Source of the DNA: Candidatus Eiseniibacteriota bacterium
Lineage (GTDB): Bacteria; Eisenbacteria; RBG-16-71-46; CAZEPH01
Direction: 5' to 3'
DNA: 32,908 bases
Assembly (NCBI GenBank): GCA_044229145.1
Contig: JBGATO010000042.1
Span: forward strand, 1-32,908
Part shown: one piece after another, positions 1 to 9,604 of the stretch
How the letters are laid out: the number at the start of each line of letters is the position of its first letter
Position numbering within the stretch: position 1 is the first letter of the stretch
Made by a program: the position numbers and the translations under genes
The notes under the pieces: generated by a model
Told to the model about the DNA's origin: nothing
Database searches by the model: none
What the model saw: only the letters and a program-made list of their open reading frames with translations

Positions 1-2
1 TC

Positions 3-1943
3 CCGCAGTCGGCGAGCGACACGTTGGCCGGCGGCGCTGACGGGGGCGGCGACATCGACATCTGCACGAATTTTCCCGTCTCCGCGAGCGCCACGCCCAT
101 CGTCACCATCACTAGCCTCGCGGTGGCCGAGATCTCGACCTCGGTGTCGAGTGACCGCGGCGTCCACTTCCAGCTCTCGCCGGGTGTCGTCGCGGTTCCG
201 AGCGACGACCGCCAGTGGCTCGAAGCCGACGGCGACAGCACGGTGTACATGATGTATCGGGCGCCAGTCCCGGCTACGGGCCTCTTCTGCGCGCGATCCG
301 ACGATCATGGCCTCACCTTCCCCATCACCGGCCTGGTGAGCGCGTCCGGCACGACCCCGGGCTACATCGACGTCGATCACACGACACACGCGGTGTATAT
401 CGCGCACGTCAGTTCGAACGCGATGTTCGTCTCGCGCTCGCTCGACCGTGGTCTCACCTGGGCGACGTCGACCGTCGACAACAGCAGCGCGCACGGGAGT
501 CTGTTCGACGTCGTGAAGGTGGGCGAGGACGGGGTCGTGTACGCGGTCTGGTCCGACGAAACCAACATCTTCCTCGCGCACTCGCTCGATCACGGCGTGA
601 CGTGGAGCGCGAAAGTGCGGGTGAACGACAACACCCTGTACAAGTCGAACCTGTTCCCGTGGGTCGAAGCGGGCAGCGCCGGACGGCTCGACATCGTCTG
701 GTACGCGAGCACGAGCGCGGTGAACGACGACTTGGCCGATTGGGTCGTGTTGTTCAGCCAGACCACGGACGCCACTGCGGCCTCGCCCACGTTCCGCCAG
801 CAAGTGGCGAGCGATCACGTCATCCACGGCTCGAACATCAGCCTGGGCGGCCTCGCGGTGACGGGAGGAGCGAACCGCAATTTGGCGGACTACTTCCAAG
901 TCGCGTTGGACCCGCAAGGCGCCGCCCTCATCGCCTATGCCGACGATCACAACGACTACGACGGCAACGTCTACGTCACGCGCCAGCTCGATGGTCCGAG
1001 CGCGTATGCGACCGCCAATGGCACCGGCCAGGTCGCCGCCGTGTCCCCACCGCCGCCGGTGATCCCCGACCCCGCCGCCCCGGAGGTCAGCGACTTCCTC
1101 CACGACGCGCTCGCGGGACTCCTCCAGCCGGTGCTCACCGACAACCCGTTCGATATCCTCTCGATCGACTACGGCTGCGACTTCGACTCCGCCACGGCAG
1201 CCGCACGCGTGAAGGCAACGATGAAGCTCAGTTCGTTGATGCCGGTGCCGGCGGGCGGCACGTGGCGCATCAGTTTCGCGGCCAACGCACCGGGGGGCGT
1301 GTCCAACGATGGCGATCAGTTCTATCTGCTCGCCAGCACCGCAGGCTCCGCACCGGCGTTCACGTATGGCTCCGCGGTGCGGGCCGGCGACGGGAGCATG
1401 ACCTACACGCCCGGCGGCACCGTCGACTTCGCGGCGATCGATTCGCTCGCCGGCACCATCACGATGGCCGTGAGCGTCACCAAGCTGAATGCCATCGTGA
1501 CGCACGGGCCGCCGATCGGTCCGGGGACGGTCCTCGTGGGTCTGCGTGGCCGCGCCGGCACGACGGGCGCGAACGGCATCTCCGACATCACCCGCGGCGG
1601 AACCAGCTACCGGATCGCGTGCGGTTTGCCGACCGGCCTCGACACACCGGAGGCGAAACCGGCCGGTACGTCGTCGCTCAGTCTGGTGTCCCACAACCCC
1701 GTGCGCGGCGCCGCCACGGTGCGCTTCCAGCTCCCGCGCGCCGGACACGCGGAACTCAGCGTCTTCGACATGCAGGGCCGGCGAGTGCGGACGCTGGACG
1801 CGCGGACGCTGGCGGCCGGTTCCTACGAGCGCGTGTGGGACGGGCGGACCGATCACTTTGCCGATGCAACGCCTGGCGTGTACCTGGTCGTCCTCGCGGC
1901 GGACGATGGAGTGCATTCGACACGCATCGCGCTGCTGCGCTGA
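3..1943 (+). CDS. Secreted BNR/Asp-box (sialidase-like beta-propeller) protein with C-terminal FlgD-Ig/CTD-like domain; 5'-truncated by window edge
   Basis: Frame is open back to base 3. Asp-box repeats SSDRGVHF, SDDHGLTF, SLDRGLTW, SLDHGVTW. C-terminal motif NP..VFDMQGRRVRTL..WDGRTD..PGVY. Confidence 0.85.
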   Translation, partial: PQSASDTLAGGADGGGDIDICTNFPVSASATPIVTITSLAVAEISTSVSSDRGVHFQLSPGVVAVPSDDRQWLEADGDSTVYMMYRAPVPATGLFCARSDDHGLTFPITGLVSASGTTPGYIDVDHTTHAVYIAHVSSNAMFVSRSLDRGLTWATSTVDNSSAHGSLFDVVKVGEDGVVYAVWSDETNIFLAHSLDHGVTWSAKVRVNDNTLYKSNLFPWVEAGSAGRLDIVWYASTSAVNDDLADWVVLFSQTTDATAASPTFRQQVASDHVIHGSNISLGGLAVTGGANRNLADYFQVALDPQGAALIAYADDHNDYDGNVYVTRQLDGPSAYATANGTGQVAAVSPPPPVIPDPAAPEVSDFLHDALAGLLQPVLTDNPFDILSIDYGCDFDSATAAARVKATMKLSSLMPVPAGGTWRISFAANAPGGVSNDGDQFYLLASTAGSAPAFTYGSAVRAGDGSMTYTPGGTVDFAAIDSLAGTITMAVSVTKLNAIVTHGPPIGPGTVLVGLRGRAGTTGANGISDITRGGTSYRIACGLPTGLDTPEAKPAGTSSLSLVSHNPVRGAATVRFQLPRAGHAELSVFDMQGRRVRTLDARTLAAGSYERVWDGRTDHFADATPGVYLVVLAADDGVHSTRIALLR

Positions 1944-1982
1944 GACCGTGTCTGGCGTGGGCGCACCGCCATGCGCGGACAG

Positions 1983-2009
1983 GGGGCGGAGGCGTTCAGC
2001 CTCCGCCCC
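1983..2009 (+). terminator. GC-rich hairpin, probable terminator
   Basis: Perfect 11-bp stem GGGGCGGAGGC/GCCTCCGCCCC with 5-nt loop, 40 bp after the stop codon; U-tract is weak. Confidence 0.6.
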
Positions 2010-2239
2010 TTCCGTGTCCACTCTCGCAACCGGAAGAATCCTTGGGGAACGCTGTACGAAATCGCTGGTGCCCGGCACCTCTCGCGGTGAAATCCCGGGG
2101 ATCCGGTCCGCCGGCGTGTTGACCCCGAAGCAGTAGGATTTCGTGCGCGGGGCTGCGGGCTCTGGCGTCGTCGTTCCGGGCGGTCCGGCGGCGCGCGGCT
2201 CACCCAGCGTAGTCGCACAGGCAGTCCGACGGTGAATGG

Positions 2240-2265
2240 CGCCCCGGGGGTCTTCCTCCGGGGCG
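2240..2265. terminator. Intergenic hairpin
   Basis: CGCCCCGGGGG-TCTT-CCTCCGGGGCG, 11-bp stem with one G-U pair. Confidence 0.4.
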
Positions 2266-2455
2266 TCCATCGTTTCCCCAATTCCGGGCGAAGCATCCGA
2301 GGCATCCATCAGAATCGTGCATTTTTCCCGTACGGACATGTACGGAACGCCTCCGTCTGCCACCTCTGCTGCTGGTGGCTCGGCCGTGTGCGTTGCCGGG
2401 TGCCGATTCTGCCGCTCGTCCCACGACCACAATCCATGCCTGGGAGTATCCGCCC

Positions 2456-4105
2456 GTGACCCTTACGCCTCGCTTCATGTCTCGCGCCCTCGCCGCGTGC
2501 AGTGCAACGGCGATGCTTGCCACCGTACCCGCAGTCGCCCAACCCGTCGCCGATCCGCACTTCGGACTGGATCTCAATCGCACCGTCGCGGGAGATTCGA
2601 TCTACACGCAGGATCTCGGCGGCAGCTGGACGTATCACCACGTCTATCCGCTCTCGGCCCCGCTGATCGGCACCGGGAATTGGCAGCCCGACACCGACTT
2701 CATCGTGCAGACCTCGCAGTCGCAGCACCTCGACGTCGTGTTGACCGTTCACTCCGCGCTCGCGCCAAGCCTGGATTCGTCCTACCCGGCCGACACGCTG
2801 ACGTGGAAGTCGCAGGTTCAGCAGGTGGTGGAACGCTACGACGGGGATCACGTGCAGGACATGCCGGGTCTGACGCGGCCCGTGAAGTACTGGCACGTGG
2901 AGCAGGAGATGTCGATGTGGACATCGACCTGGCCGTTGTACGTGACCTATCTCGGCGCGACGCGGCGCGCGATTCTCGCCGCGGATCCGACTGCGAGGAT
3001 CGTGCTGATCGGATTGAACAGCGCCCAGTTGTGGGGGGAAGCCTACCGCGCCGGATTCATCGCCCAGCCACCCTCCGCCAACCAGACCTTTACCGACGCG
3101 CAGCTCAATACGAATCAGTCCGCGGTCACCACGGTGCTGCAAGGCGGCGGCTACGACATCGTCGATGTCCACAGTTACGAGGAGGCGAATATCCTCCACG
3201 GCAAGCTGGCCTTCGTGCGCAGCTTGATGCCCAATCCCTCCACTCCGATCTGGTGCGAAGAGAGCGGCGGCCCCTACCTGCGGCATGACCAAGGCTACTC
3301 CGACACTCTCAACGCGCAGATGGTCGTGCGACTGTTCGCCGAAGCACTTGGCAGCGGTGTGGAGCGCTACAACTGGTACCTGTATCAGTTCGGCAGCGGC
3401 CCCTTTGCCACGGAGCCCTGGAACAACATGAGTCTGACGCTCGGCGGCTCCAGCGTCACGTCGCTCAAGCCGAGCTACTACGCGTATCAGCAGATGGTGC
3501 AGAAGCTCGCCGGTTTCACCAGCGTGACCGATCTCACCACCCGCGCTGCGCCGATTGAGGACTCGAATGTCTTTCGCGTGCGATTCCTCAAGGGCAGCAC
3601 GCCGATCGACATCTACTGGTCGCGGGTGGATTCCACGATCGACATTCCGGTGAACGCCGGGACCGCATACGTCACCCACATCCCCACCCGGCAGGGCGAA
3701 ACTGCTGCCACCGCTCGCATCGACACACTGCGTGCCACCGCCGGCCTCGCCCGCCTGCGCGTCACTGCCGATCCCGTCTACGTCGAGGAAGGCGCGCCGG
3801 CCCCCGTGGCCGTCCCGGCCCCGCACGGCGCCGCGGAATCCTGGTGCAGGATGGTCGCGCGTTCCAGCGGCGGGGCGCATGTGCAGTGGCGCGCGCCGCA
3901 TGCCGGCCGCGGATTGCGCGCGGCGTGCGTGTCCGTCGACGGCCGGCAGATACGCGAATGGCGGTTGCCGGCAGACGCGGGCACGCTCGAGTGGGACGGC
4001 AGGCTCGCGGACGGGCGCCGCACGCCGGCGGGACTCTACCTGCTCGTCCTGCGTGACGACGAGGCCCTGCGTGCGGCCGCGCGCGCCATGCTGACGGGCC
4101 GGTAG
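2456..4105 (+). CDS. Secreted clan GH-A-like glycoside hydrolase (GH39/GH5-like) with C-terminal FlgD-Ig/CTD-like domain
   Basis: GTG start with GGGAG SD at 2442-2446; signal peptide (..ATVPAVAQ). Motifs VKYWHVEQE (acid/base-like), DIVDVHSY, PIWCEESGG (nucleophile-like). C-terminal WDGRLADGRRTPAGLY. Confidence 0.7.
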   Translation: MTLTPRFMSRALAACSATAMLATVPAVAQPVADPHFGLDLNRTVAGDSIYTQDLGGSWTYHHVYPLSAPLIGTGNWQPDTDFIVQTSQSQHLDVVLTVHSALAPSLDSSYPADTLTWKSQVQQVVERYDGDHVQDMPGLTRPVKYWHVEQEMSMWTSTWPLYVTYLGATRRAILAADPTARIVLIGLNSAQLWGEAYRAGFIAQPPSANQTFTDAQLNTNQSAVTTVLQGGGYDIVDVHSYEEANILHGKLAFVRSLMPNPSTPIWCEESGGPYLRHDQGYSDTLNAQMVVRLFAEALGSGVERYNWYLYQFGSGPFATEPWNNMSLTLGGSSVTSLKPSYYAYQQMVQKLAGFTSVTDLTTRAAPIEDSNVFRVRFLKGSTPIDIYWSRVDSTIDIPVNAGTAYVTHIPTRQGETAATARIDTLRATAGLARLRVTADPVYVEEGAPAPVAVPAPHGAAESWCRMVARSSGGAHVQWRAPHAGRGLRAACVSVDGRQIREWRLPADAGTLEWDGRLADGRRTPAGLYLLVLRDDEALRAAARAMLTGR

Positions 4106-4204
4106 GCAGCGCGACGCGCAGGGATCCGCCAGGCGCCCGGGAGTGCGGTTCGCCGCGCACCCGGGCGTCTGCGACGTCGCCGCCCGGGCACATGGCGCCT
4201 GCGC

Positions 4205-4230
4205 TATACTGCACGGATGCACGTTTGCAC
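4205..4230 (+). promoter_or_regulatory. Possible -10 box followed by three TGCAC direct repeats
   Basis: TATACT at 4205-4210; TGCAC at 4210, 4218 and 4226; no recognisable -35. Confidence 0.3.
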
Positions 4231-4266
4231 ACACTTGCCCGCCAGCCCCGCCGCGATGGGGGCCCC

Positions 4267-4965
4267 GTGATGCTGACACCGGGACGGACGCGGCTCGATC
4301 CCGACGAAGACGCGCGCCTTGCGGCGTTGTGTCTGGCTGGCGACGAACGTGCCTGGGAAGCGCTCGTCCGGCGGCACGAAGGTTTGGTGTTCGCGGTCGG
4401 CCGCTCCTACCGCGTGTCCGACGACGATCTCGCCGAGGTGTTCCAAGAGGTGTTCGCCGCGCTGTCCCAGCGGCTCGCATACATCCGCGATACGCGATCG
4501 CTCTGCCGCGGGCTCGCCTCGACGGCGGAGCGCATCGCGCGCGCGACGGCGCTGCGCCGGCGCCGCGACTGGGCATCGCGCGCCGACACTCCCGCCGCGC
4601 TCGACGCGCTCGAAGCGCCCGATGCCGATCCGGCCCGTGGTATCGAGGAACTCGAAACACAAGCGCTCGTCCGCCTTGCGCTGGCGGACGTCTCGCCACG
4701 GTGCCGGGAGTTGCTCCACGCGCTGTATTATCAGGATCCGCCCGTCTCGTACGCCGACCTCGCGGTGCGATTGCGCATGTCGATCGGTTCGATCGGCCCC
4801 ACACGCGCGCGCTGTTTCGAGCGCGTCCGCGCCGCCCTCGAGGCACGCGACAGACGCGGTGGTATCACCGTGCCCGGTGCGGCCACCTCTCCTGCCGACG
4901 ACCATGGGAGCGGACCACGCCCGCTCACCTCTCCCGGACGGGAAGGAGGGGGAGACCCATCATGA
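4267..4965 (+). CDS. ECF sigma-70 family RNA polymerase sigma factor
   Basis: Region 2 (GDERAWEALVRRH..DLAEVFQEVFAAL) and region 4 (SYADLAVRLRMSIGSIGPTRARCFERVR). Start is GTG 4267 or ATG 4270. Confidence 0.9.
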   Translation: MMLTPGRTRLDPDEDARLAALCLAGDERAWEALVRRHEGLVFAVGRSYRVSDDDLAEVFQEVFAALSQRLAYIRDTRSLCRGLASTAERIARATALRRRRDWASRADTPAALDALEAPDADPARGIEELETQALVRLALADVSPRCRELLHALYYQDPPVSYADLAVRLRMSIGSIGPTRARCFERVRAALEARDRRGGITVPGAATSPADDHGSGPRPLTSPGREGGGDPS

Positions 4966-5585
4966 CAACCGAGCGACGGCCCACGGGTGGCGCGGGACGC
5001 CATTTGGATGCGCGCACGCTGCTGGATTACCTCGACGGATGTCTTGCAGCAGCCGATCGCCGGCGCGCCGAGGATCACTTGGCCAGCGCCTGCGCCGCTT
5101 GCCGCGAGAAGCTCCGCAGCTTGGGTGAACTTCGCGCGGTCATGCGCGCGGACACCACACCTGCAGTCCCCGACGCGCTGCGCGCCCGCGCCCTCGCGGC
5201 CTTCCGCCCGCCCGCGGCCGTCGAAACGCCGGCGTCGGGCTGGACGCGGCTCGCGCGGGTGCTCTTCGATTCCCTGGCCGCTCCCGCTCCAGCGCTCGTC
5301 CGGCGTGCGGTCGGTGATGTCAGGCGCCTGCGCTTCGAACTGGGGACGCACACGCTCGAGATCGAAACCGAAGCGCTGGAGGCGGGCATCCTCTCGCTGC
5401 GCGGGCGGCTCGATACTCCGGACGCGGCGCTCTACCGCATCGTCGTCTCGGTGGGTGAGGAATCGAACGAGGCGTGGCCCGATGCAACCGGCGCGTTCGC
5501 CGTGCACCGCCTGCCGCCAGGCCGGCTGGTGGTGCGCATCGAGGGTCCGGACGGGGCGTACGAGACGCCGGCCATCGACACATGA
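4962..5585 (+). CDS. Soluble zf-HC2-type anti-sigma factor candidate with C-terminal beta-sandwich (carboxypeptidase-regulatory-like) domain
   Basis: ATGA overlap with the sigma stop and GGAG SD. LLDYLDG..AEDHLASACAAC zinc motif; C-terminal DATGAFAVHRLPPG; no TM helix seen. Confidence 0.8.
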   Translation: MTTERRPTGGAGRHLDARTLLDYLDGCLAAADRRRAEDHLASACAACREKLRSLGELRAVMRADTTPAVPDALRARALAAFRPPAAVETPASGWTRLARVLFDSLAAPAPALVRRAVGDVRRLRFELGTHTLEIETEALEAGILSLRGRLDTPDAALYRIVVSVGEESNEAWPDATGAFAVHRLPPGRLVVRIEGPDGAYETPAIDT

Positions 5586-8305
5586 CCGCGGAGCGCCCGG
5601 GGCGACGGGACGCAGGCTCCGCGAGCGAATTGCTCGAACACGTCGAAGCGCTGCGTCGGGAGCGCCCGAGAGAAGCACGCGAACTCCTGCTCGGCGCATT
5701 CTCCCGCGCCGCGCGGAGGGCAACGCCACGGGAGCGCGCCGAACTGTGGCGCACGCGCGGTCACGTCCTCCGCGACACGAACAGCATGCCATCGGCGGCC
5801 GCGGCATACCGGCGGGCACGGCAGGCATTCCGCCGCGCTGGCGATCCGCGTGAAGCAGCCACGTGCACTCACGGCCTGCTGGATGCGCTGATGTACGCTG
5901 GCGAGTACGAGGAAGCCCTGCGCGCGGCGGCACAGGGCGTGCGCGAATTGCGGCGATTGGGCGACACGCGCGGCGCGGCGCGGCTGCTGAACAATCAGGC
6001 GAATCTGCTCCACCGACTCGACCGCCCGGCTCGCGCACTGGCCCTCTATGATGAAGCGCGGCGCATTCTCGCACGCGACCCGTTCAGTCGGTCGGTCGTC
6101 GACGTCAACATGGCCAATTGTCTGTCCTCGGTGGGACGCAGCGGGCCGGCGCGGCGCAAGTACGGCGCGGCAGTGCGTGTCTTCACGGCCGGCGGCCACA
6201 CCCTGCGCGCGCTCAACGCCCGCTACAACTTCGCGTATCTCGATTACCTCGAGCACCGCCACGAGCGTGCGCTCGCCGGCATGGCCGACATTCGCAGCGA
6301 GGCCACGACGATGGGGGCTGCCTCGCTCGTTGCCCTGGCGGCACTCGATCGCGCCGAAATCCTCCTGCGGCTCGGCGCCGACTTCGAAGCGGCCGCGGAA
6401 TCGCGCGAGGCGCTGGGCGCGCTCGGCGCGCTCGATCTGCGCTATGAAACCGCCAAGGCGCATGTCCTGGCGGCGCTCGCCGATTTCCATCTCGGACGCA
6501 TCGCGAGCGCGCGTGCGCAACTCGAGGCGGCCCTGGCCGATTTCACCACCGAACGCAATGACGTCTGGATCGGCGAATCGCTCGTCGGCTTGGCGACGCT
6601 GTGGCGCCACGAGGGCGCACCGGACTCCGCCGCCGTACTGCTGACTGTCGCGCGCGGCCGCTTCCAGCGCGCCGGCGACGGCGAACGCGCCGCCTGCGCC
6701 GCGGCATTCCTGGCGCGCATGCAGCTCGAGACCGGGTGCGCGCCCCAGGCGGCGAGGACGCTGCGCACCCTTCGCGCGGCCGCGGCAACCGGCTCTCCGC
6801 GGCTCCGGCAATTCATCTGGGCGGCCGAAGCGCACCTCGCGGTGTATCGCGGCGATCGCGCGGGTGCCCGGCGGTGGTTGCAGCGTGCGGCCCGCGAATC
6901 GGAGCGGCTGGCTGCCCGCATCCTCGACGAACAATGGCGCGCGTCATTCTGGGGAGAGTGGGGATGGCCGCATCGCGCCCTGGCGTGGCTCGAAATTTCT
7001 GCCGGCCGGCTCGACAAGGCGTTCGACGCGCTCGAGCGCGGTCGTGGCAGGGCGCTGTTCGGTCCGCTGCAGGAACGCCCCGCGCGCGACTCGAAAGCCG
7101 TGGACGCCCTGCGAGAATGGGCGGCGACCGCGAGAGGGAACGACCGCACGGTGCGCAGTCACGCGTTGTCCGTGGCGGCGCCCGCACGGCCGCCGGCGGC
7201 GGCGAAGTCATCGCTGCCGCTCCGTTTGCATGCCCGGCCCGCCCCCGGCCCCAGCGCACGGGAACTCCGCCGCGCGCTGGGACGCGAGGTAGTCCTGCTG
7301 GACTACCTCGCGTACGACGGATGGTTTGGCGCCCTGCAGATCGCGGAGGCCGGCGTGGCCGCCCGGCCGCGGCTGGCATCCGAGCGGCACATCGCCGGTC
7401 TCGTCGATGCCATCGTCTTCGAACTGCGCAGCGCGGCGTTGTCGCCGCGCGGTGAGCGGAGACTTTCCACAGCGCTCCGCGATGCATTGACGGAACTCGC
7501 CTCGCTCGTCCTGTGGCCGTTTTGGCGCGCCGGAGCGGACGGTGCACGCGCACGCATCGCCCTGTTGCCGGCAGGGATTCTCGGCCGCGTTCCGTGGCCC
7601 GCGCTGCCGCTGCCAGACGGCAGCATGCTGTGCGAAGCAGCGGACATCGCCATCGTGCCGGGGCTGCGCCTTGCGCGCGCGGCCTCCGCCGGCCGTGCCG
7701 CACCGGCAGGCTCTCCCCTGCTGGTCACATCTGCGGCAGGAGACCCCGACTGCGCTGCGGAGGAGAGCGCGGCGCTGGCCGCGCTGTTTCCAGCAGCTCG
7801 GCGGCTCGACGCCGGCGAGGCAACCCTGGCGCAAGTGCGCGAGGCGAGCCGCCACGCTGCCTGGATACACGTCGCCGGACACGGCAGCTTTCACGCCGCC
7901 GCACCGGGAGACTCAGGCCTGCACCTGGCCGATGGCTGGCTCACGCTGCGGGCGCTCCGCGGGTTTCGCACAGACGCCGCGTGGGTCGCACTCTCCGCGT
8001 GCCAGACCGCGCGTGCGCTGGTCCGGCCCGGAGAGGAGTGGTATGGCCTGGCGCCGGGATTCCTCGCCGCCGGGGCGAATTGCGTGCTCGCGGCCCAATG
8101 GGACGTCGAGGGCCAGCCCACGGCGCACTTGATGACGCAGATCTATCGGCACATCGCCGGCGGGCAGCCGCTAACGCGAGCCGTGGGGTTGACCCAGGCG
8201 GCGGCCGCGCGCGCGGGTACTCATCCGATCGAGTGGGCGGCGTTTTCGGTACTCGGCGCGGCGCCGGAGATGATATCCTGGACGGGCCTCGGGAGGACTC
8301 GTTGA
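5582..8305 (+). CDS. TPR-CHAT domain protein (caspase-like peptidase)
   Basis: ATGA overlap. N-terminal TPR-like helices (LLNNQANLLHRL). CHAT dyad WIHVAGHG and VALSACQT, plus AQWDV and HPIEWAAF. Confidence 0.9.
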   Translation: MTAERPGRRDAGSASELLEHVEALRRERPREARELLLGAFSRAARRATPRERAELWRTRGHVLRDTNSMPSAAAAYRRARQAFRRAGDPREAATCTHGLLDALMYAGEYEEALRAAAQGVRELRRLGDTRGAARLLNNQANLLHRLDRPARALALYDEARRILARDPFSRSVVDVNMANCLSSVGRSGPARRKYGAAVRVFTAGGHTLRALNARYNFAYLDYLEHRHERALAGMADIRSEATTMGAASLVALAALDRAEILLRLGADFEAAAESREALGALGALDLRYETAKAHVLAALADFHLGRIASARAQLEAALADFTTERNDVWIGESLVGLATLWRHEGAPDSAAVLLTVARGRFQRAGDGERAACAAAFLARMQLETGCAPQAARTLRTLRAAAATGSPRLRQFIWAAEAHLAVYRGDRAGARRWLQRAARESERLAARILDEQWRASFWGEWGWPHRALAWLEISAGRLDKAFDALERGRGRALFGPLQERPARDSKAVDALREWAATARGNDRTVRSHALSVAAPARPPAAAKSSLPLRLHARPAPGPSARELRRALGREVVLLDYLAYDGWFGALQIAEAGVAARPRLASERHIAGLVDAIVFELRSAALSPRGERRLSTALRDALTELASLVLWPFWRAGADGARARIALLPAGILGRVPWPALPLPDGSMLCEAADIAIVPGLRLARAASAGRAAPAGSPLLVTSAAGDPDCAAEESAALAALFPAARRLDAGEATLAQVREASRHAAWIHVAGHGSFHAAAPGDSGLHLADGWLTLRALRGFRTDAAWVALSACQTARALVRPGEEWYGLAPGFLAAGANCVLAAQWDVEGQPTAHLMTQIYRHIAGGQPLTRAVGLTQAAAARAGTHPIEWAAFSVLGAAPEMISWTGLGRTR

Positions 8306-9604
8306 TGCCATCGCCCCACCTCACGCCAGGCTCCCCGCCCCCCAACCCGTTTGCACCGTTCCCCTGCGTGCGCATTCTGTTCCTGAGCTGCGGCATTCTC
8401 CTCGCCGGATGTGGCGGGGACTCGCGCGTCCACCCGACAGCGCCAGCGCTGACGGCGGACGCGCCGGCAGACAGCGGCAATCAGAGTGCGAGCATCGATC
8501 TCGGCGCCGTCGACAATCTCGTCGTGGTTGCGCTCGCTCCGGGCGTGTCGGCGCAGGATCTGGCGACGCAGTTCGGCGCCACCGTCGGGCGGCAGACGGA
8601 CACCGGCTACGCCACCTTGCAGCCGCTGCTCGGCCCGGCGTCGGCGCTCGCGACCGCATTGCGGCTGGACCCGCGCGTGCGTGCCGTGGATGTCGACGGA
8701 TACGTGATCCCGGCAGAGGAACGCCAGCAGAGCCAGGCCTTCGACAAGGGCAATGGCTCGCCCGTCCTCTACCAAGGACAGCCGAGCGTCGACGACGTCG
8801 GCCTCGCGCTGGCGCATCGCACCGGAACGGGACGCGGCGCGCTGATCGCGGTACTCGACACGGGCGCCGAACTCACGCATCCCGCGCTCGCCGGTCACAT
8901 CGTCGCCAGCGCGGATTTCGCCGGCACGAGCGTCGACGGACACGAACAAGGCGACGGCGTCGACAACGACGGCGACGGATTGATCGACGAAGCGCTCGGC
9001 CACGGCACGCACGTGAGCGGCATCGCTGCCCTCGTCGCTCCGTCGGCGGGCTTGCTGATCGGCCGCGTGCTTGATGCCGACGGTCGCGGTGACATTCTCT
9101 CGGTCGCCTCCGGCATTGCCTGGGCGACGGCGCACGGCGCACACGTCATCAACATGAGTTTCGGCATGCTGCAAACCAGCACCGTGATCGAATACGCGCT
9201 GGCGCAGGCCGATTCGCTCGGTGCCGTCTGCGTAGCCGCGGCCGGAAACGACGGCGCCGGCGGTCCGGTCGAATACCCGGCGAGCAGCAGTCACGTCCTC
9301 GCCATCGCCGCGCTCGACGACGCCGACCATGCAGCCTCGTTCACTTCGAGTGGAGCGGCGATTGCGCTGAGCGCACCCGGCGTGTCGATCCGTAGTTCCT
9401 ACACGTCCGCCACGTACGCGCTGTGGAGCGGAACATCGATGGCGGCGCCATTCGTCAGCGGCACGGCTGGTTTGCTGCGCGGATTGCACCCAGTCGTGGA
9501 TGTCGCTCGGCGCCGGCGCGCTCGATGCCGGAGCAGCGCTCGATCGCGATGCGCCATGGCGCGTGCGCGGGGCACCAGCGGACCGCGACGCGGGCGGCTT
9601 CTAG
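8305..9604 (+). CDS. S8 subtilisin-family lipoprotein peptidase; frameshift/deletion near 9490
   Basis: TGATG overlap; lipobox ILLAGC; triad IAVLDTG, GHGTHVSG, SGTSMAAP. The terminal LGAGALDAGAAL motif is in the +1 frame, ending at TAG 9602-9604; the unshifted frame runs to 9690. Confidence 0.85.

Noticed and set aside
2064..2110. FMN, cobalamin or SAM-IV riboswitch
   Set aside because: Only fragments (GGTGAAATCCC, CCGGCACC) resemble them; core conserved motifs are missing and the downstream gene does not fit.
4267..8305. Type III-E CRISPR (Craspase) locus
   Set aside because: No cas genes and no repeat-spacer array in the window; only the CHAT plus sigma analogy holds.
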